Of a stretch of DNA of 64,000 bases, positions 60,232-64,000 are shown in pieces. The stretch covers positions 736,001 to 800,000 of the forward strand of contig CAXXWQ010000003.1 in the NCBI GenBank assembly GCA_963674945.2. Reading direction: 5' to 3'. Source of the stretch: an uncultured Desulfosarcina sp. GTDB taxonomy: Bacteria; Desulfobacterota; Desulfobacteria; Desulfobacterales; Desulfosarcinaceae. Every line of letters begins with the position of its first letter. The first letter of the stretch is position 1. The position numbers and the translations under genes are program-made. The notes under the pieces were generated by a model that saw only the letters and a list, made by a program, of their open reading frames with translations, did no database searches and was not told the DNA's origin.

Positions 60232-61665
60232 ATGGCTATTGAACTAAGACAACAACTCAAGCTAACACAGCAGCTGATCATGACGCCGCAACTCCAGATG
60301 GCGATCAAGCTGCTTCAGCTCTCTAGACTCGAACTGGTGGACACAATTCGCCAGGAACTGGAGGAAAATCCAACCCTCGAAGAGGTGCAGGAATCAGCCG
60401 ACAGATCCAAGGATACGGAAACGGAACAGGAACAAACCGCCACCATCGAAGAGACCCGGGAAGTGACCATCGAGGAAAAGATCCACGATGAAATTGACTG
60501 GAGCAACTACATCGATGAGTACAATTCACCGGGAAAGGTCAACTTCGAATCCGAAAATAGAGAGGCACCCCAGTACGAAGCCTTCGTCTCTTCCAAGGAA
60601 TCTTTGAGCGATCATCTGTTATGGCAGCTGTTGATGCTCTCCCCCACCGAGATCGAAAAGCAGGTGGGAAGCCTGATCATCGGCAATCTCAATCGCGATG
60701 GGTATCTGCAGTTGTCCGTCGAAGAGCTCTGTGAGCAGAGCGGTATCTCCATCGAAATGGTGGAGGACGTTCTCGAAACCATGCAGTCATTCGATCCTGT
60801 GGGTGTCTGCGCCAGGGATCTGCGCGAATGTCTTTTGCTCCAGGCCCGACTGCTGAATCTTGATGGCAGCCTGGTAACAGACATCATATCGGATCATCTG
60901 AAGAATCTGGAAAACAAAAACTTTAAAGCCATTTGCAAGGCACTGAAGGTCAAGCTCAAGGATGTCATCGCGGCTGTCAATGTCATTCGGGCGCTGGAGC
61001 CAAAACCCGGCAGACAGTTCAGCGAAGAGACCCCCCAATATATCGTTCCGGATATCTATGTCTACAAGAGCGAAGGGGATTTCGTCATTGTGCTAAATGA
61101 CGATGGCATGCCCAAACTTCGCGTGAATCCATTTTACAAACAGGCCATCGCCCGTCAGGATGAAGTGAGTGCCAATACCAAAGAATACATCCGGGACAAG
61201 ATGCGATCCGCAGCCTGGCTGATCCGAAGCATTCACCAACGCCAGAAGACCATATACAAGGTAATGGAGAGCATCTTAAAGTTTCAGCGGGACTTTTTCG
61301 AAAACGGTGTGGCTCATTTAAAACCCATGGTGTTGCGGGACGTTGCCGAAGACATCGGCATGCATGAATCGACCATCAGCCGCGTGACGACCAACAAGTA
61401 TGCCCACACACCCCAGGGAATATTCGAGCTGAAATACTTCTTCAACAGTTCCATTCGACGGGTGCATGGTGATGACATTGCGTCGGCCAGTGTGCAGGCC
61501 AAAATCCGAAAGATCATCGAAAGCGAAAATCCCAAAAAACCATTTAGTGACAGTAAGATGGCCGAAATGCTCAAATCGGACAATATCGATATCGCCCGTC
61601 GGACGGTTGCCAAATACCGAGAGATGATGGGCATCTTATCCTCCAGCAAAAGAAAGCAATTTTGA
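60232..61665 (+). CDS. rpoN: RNA polymerase sigma-54
   Basis: TPQLQMAIKLLQL, HESTISR, RpoN box ARRTVAKYRE. Confidence 0.98.
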   Translation: MAIELRQQLKLTQQLIMTPQLQMAIKLLQLSRLELVDTIRQELEENPTLEEVQESADRSKDTETEQEQTATIEETREVTIEEKIHDEIDWSNYIDEYNSPGKVNFESENREAPQYEAFVSSKESLSDHLLWQLLMLSPTEIEKQVGSLIIGNLNRDGYLQLSVEELCEQSGISIEMVEDVLETMQSFDPVGVCARDLRECLLLQARLLNLDGSLVTDIISDHLKNLENKNFKAICKALKVKLKDVIAAVNVIRALEPKPGRQFSEETPQYIVPDIYVYKSEGDFVIVLNDDGMPKLRVNPFYKQAIARQDEVSANTKEYIRDKMRSAAWLIRSIHQRQKTIYKVMESILKFQRDFFENGVAHLKPMVLRDVAEDIGMHESTISRVTTNKYAHTPQGIFELKYFFNSSIRRVHGDDIASASVQAKIRKIIESENPKKPFSDSKMAEMLKSDNIDIARRTVAKYREMMGILSSSKRKQF

Positions 61666-61784
61666 TGGTTGCCCTCGCATCCGGCCATCTGGATTTCTTT
61701 CCCACCTTGTTTTCATTCACGGGCAGGCGGCAATGGTATGAGCAGCCCTGATCCTATGAATTTTCCAAAAGGAGGTATCGCTCT

Positions 61785-62309
61785 ATGAATACATCCGTTA
61801 GGTTTAAGAATCTCGAACCCTCCGATGCACTAAAATCCTATGTTAGAGAAAAATTGAATCGAATGGAAAAATACTTTAGCGGATCGGCTGAGGCCAACGT
61901 GGTGCTTTCCATTGAAAAATTTCGCCATAGCGCGGAAATTAATATTATGGGCGACCGACTGACCATCAACGGCAAGGAAGAGACCGAAGAGATGTATTCG
62001 GCCATCGACATGGTGCTCGATAAACTGGAAGTACAAATCAAGAAAAACAAACAGAAAAGCCGGGCGCACAGGACGAAAAACAGACCCGATGCAATGGCGA
62101 CGTTACCGGAAACAGATGGCGAACGCGGCGGAAGCCGTGTGCGGATTCGTCATATCGAATACAAACCCATGGATGTGGAAGAAGCCGTGATGCAAATGGA
62201 TCTCATTGAAGACAGCTTCCTGGTATTTACAAACGCCAGAACAGCTACCGTCAACGTCCTGTATCGCCAAAGGGACGGCAATTACGGCCTGATCCAACCC
62301 CACCCATAG
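61785..62309 (+). CDS. hpf: ribosome hibernation promoting factor (long HPF)
   Basis: MYSAID..KLE, KPMDVEEAVMQMDL, NVLYRQRDGNYGLI. Confidence 0.93.
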   Translation: MNTSVRFKNLEPSDALKSYVREKLNRMEKYFSGSAEANVVLSIEKFRHSAEINIMGDRLTINGKEETEEMYSAIDMVLDKLEVQIKKNKQKSRAHRTKNRPDAMATLPETDGERGGSRVRIRHIEYKPMDVEEAVMQMDLIEDSFLVFTNARTATVNVLYRQRDGNYGLIQPHP

Positions 62310-62354
62310 GACGATTCGACAGCCAATTGTGTATAATAACCAGGAAAGATGGCA

Positions 62355-62813
62355 ATGAGAATTCTGGACATCCTCGACAAAGAAGCGATCCTGGTAAACT
62401 TGACATCCAAGGACAAGATCGGCATACTGAATGAACTCGTGTCACCAGCCGCACGACTCACCGGCATTGATCAAAAAAAAATCGCCCGGGTGTTGATGGA
62501 GCGTGAACGATTGGGCAGCACCGGTATCGGCGGCGGCATCGGTATCCCACACGGCAAACTGAAAGACCTGGAGAAGATGTATCTCGGATTCGGATTGAGC
62601 CGCCAGGGAGTGGACTTCGAATCCATAGACGGTCGCCCGACCCACCTTTTTTTCCTTCTCATCACCCCCGAAAAGGCGACCGATCTTCACTTGAAACTGT
62701 TGGCCCGCGTCTCCCGGCTTCTTAAGAACGAACAATTAAAGGAGATGATGATGAAGGCCACAAGTGCCGACGAGGTAATCGATATCATCGGCGAAGACGA
62801 TGATGATTTTTAA
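62355..62813 (+). CDS. ptsN: PTS IIA-Ntr
   Basis: ERERLGSTGIGGGIGIPHGK, DFESIDG. Confidence 0.92.
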   Translation: MRILDILDKEAILVNLTSKDKIGILNELVSPAARLTGIDQKKIARVLMERERLGSTGIGGGIGIPHGKLKDLEKMYLGFGLSRQGVDFESIDGRPTHLFFLLITPEKATDLHLKLLARVSRLLKNEQLKEMMMKATSADEVIDIIGEDDDDF

Positions 62814-62869
62814 TGAACCTATGGGTACGGTGAGAAACGTTTTTTTGTTACTCTTGTGAGAACCATCGT

Positions 62870-63745
62870 TTGAATCATACAGCCATCACCATTATCACGG
62901 GAAGATCGGGTTCCGGGAAGAGTACGGCATTGGCCGCCATGGAAGATGCGGGCTACTATTGCGTTGACAATATGCCGGTCACGCTGCTTCCCGATTTTCT
63001 CGAGATGCCGTCCGACCATTTGGCCGGTTTTTCCGGCCTCGTATTCGGAATGGATCTTCGGGACGAGAGCCTCATCCCCCATCACACTTCGGTGATCGAT
63101 AAACTGATGGCACAGGGGTACACGTTTCGGATCATCTTCCTGGAAGCCGACGAAAAAACGCTTTTGCGGCGGTACAGCCAGACCCGCCGCAGACACCCTC
63201 TGGCCTTGCACCAGGCCATCCACGAGGCCGTACAAGAGGAAAAAGCCCTTCTCGCACCCTTACGCAACAGGGCCGATCATATCATCGACACCACGAACCT
63301 GAACGTCCACGAACTGTCGGCCATCTTTCGAAAACTCGCCGATGTGGGTGACGATCACGGTCCGATGAAAGTTCAGATCGTCTCCTTTGGGTTCAAATTC
63401 GGACTGCCGATCCAGGCCGATTTGGTTATGGATGTCCGATTTCTTGCCAATCCGTACTTTGTGGATTCGCTTCGTCCATTGAGCGGGAAATCGGAAAAAA
63501 TCCGAGATTTTGTCTTGAATAACGAGCAAACCTGTTTATTTTTAACAAAGTATTTAGACCTTTTGGACACTTTGCTTCCCCAATATGAAAATGAAGGCAA
63601 ATCATACCTCACCATCGCTATCGGCTGTACGGGAGGTCGTCACCGATCCGTGGTGATTTCCACAATGGTGAGGGACCATATCAAGGCTTCGGGACGAAAA
63701 ACAGAACTGACCCATCGCGACATTGATAAGACTCCTTCATCATGA
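62870..63745 (+). CDS. rapZ: RNase adapter / P-loop protein RapZ
   Basis: TGRSGSGKS, VDNMP, TRRRHPL, SFGFKFG, DVRFLANP, GCTGGRHRS. Confidence 0.94.
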   Translation: MNHTAITIITGRSGSGKSTALAAMEDAGYYCVDNMPVTLLPDFLEMPSDHLAGFSGLVFGMDLRDESLIPHHTSVIDKLMAQGYTFRIIFLEADEKTLLRRYSQTRRRHPLALHQAIHEAVQEEKALLAPLRNRADHIIDTTNLNVHELSAIFRKLADVGDDHGPMKVQIVSFGFKFGLPIQADLVMDVRFLANPYFVDSLRPLSGKSEKIRDFVLNNEQTCLFLTKYLDLLDTLLPQYENEGKSYLTIAIGCTGGRHRSVVISTMVRDHIKASGRKTELTHRDIDKTPSS

Positions 63746-63797
63746 AAGGGACTTGGATTTTTGTTATTGCGATTTAGATGAAAGACAGGCAGCAGAT

Positions 63798-64000
63798 ATG
63801 ATTGGCGTATTAGTGGTAACCCATTGCCAGTTGGGAGATGCATTGCTCGAAGCGGTGGATTTTATTCTCGGCGAACGCCCGGAGGCCATGGCCGCCATAT
63901 CCATCGATTTAAAGGAAAACGCGGACAAATTACGAAAAAAAATCGACGATGGCATCAAACAATTAAAAAGTGACGATGGCATTCTGATCCTGACGGACAT
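63798..64000 (+). CDS. PTS mannose/fructose-type EIIA (3' partial; absent from the ORF track)
   Basis: translates MIGVLVVTHCQLGDALLEAVDFILG..GILILTD; follows rapZ as is usual. Confidence 0.88.
   Translation, partial: MIGVLVVTHCQLGDALLEAVDFILGERPEAMAAISIDLKENADKLRKKIDDGIKQLKSDDGILILTD

Noticed and set aside
1..64000. CRISPR arrays, rRNA/tRNA, integrases/transposases, inteins in dnaE/recA/parE, selenoprotein read-through
   Set aside because: None seen by eye; repeats are dispersed rather than arrayed and the proteins have normal lengths.

Overview
This is core-chromosome sequence from a bacterium, most likely a Desulfobacterales-type deltaproteobacterium. That is an inference from the PxxKW Cys-rich protein, plant-type DapB, DUF39 homocysteine enzyme and MurU-AmgK fusion. 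It holds about 51 CDS: scpB (partial), parE-parC, two full-length plsB-like paralogues, dnaE, guaB, hisC-cmk-rpsA-sppA, a 2-oxoacid:ferredoxin oxidoreductase operon, namZ, murU-amgK, dapB, cheX, alaS-recA-thpR and kdsA-kdsC-lptCAB-rpoN-hpf-ptsN-rapZ-PTS IIA. An accessory block at about 7.8-19 kb carries three units: (i) a REC-PATAN/Roadblock/HAMP-only receptor/exported beta-roll cluster with no GTPase or kinase, (ii) a degenerate HNH protein with a HeH-like N-terminus, and (iii) a two-component system facing a vWA-PspA-membrane protein operon. I saw no rRNA, tRNA, CRISPR array or transposase. The most notable observations are a modular family of ERIC-like palindromic intergenic elements with a conserved AAGG/AAC internal loop and covarying stems, an apparent non-AUG (ATC) start for parE, and a small MamI-like membrane protein outside any magnetosome cluster. 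All family assignments come from motif recognition by eye; no searches were run.
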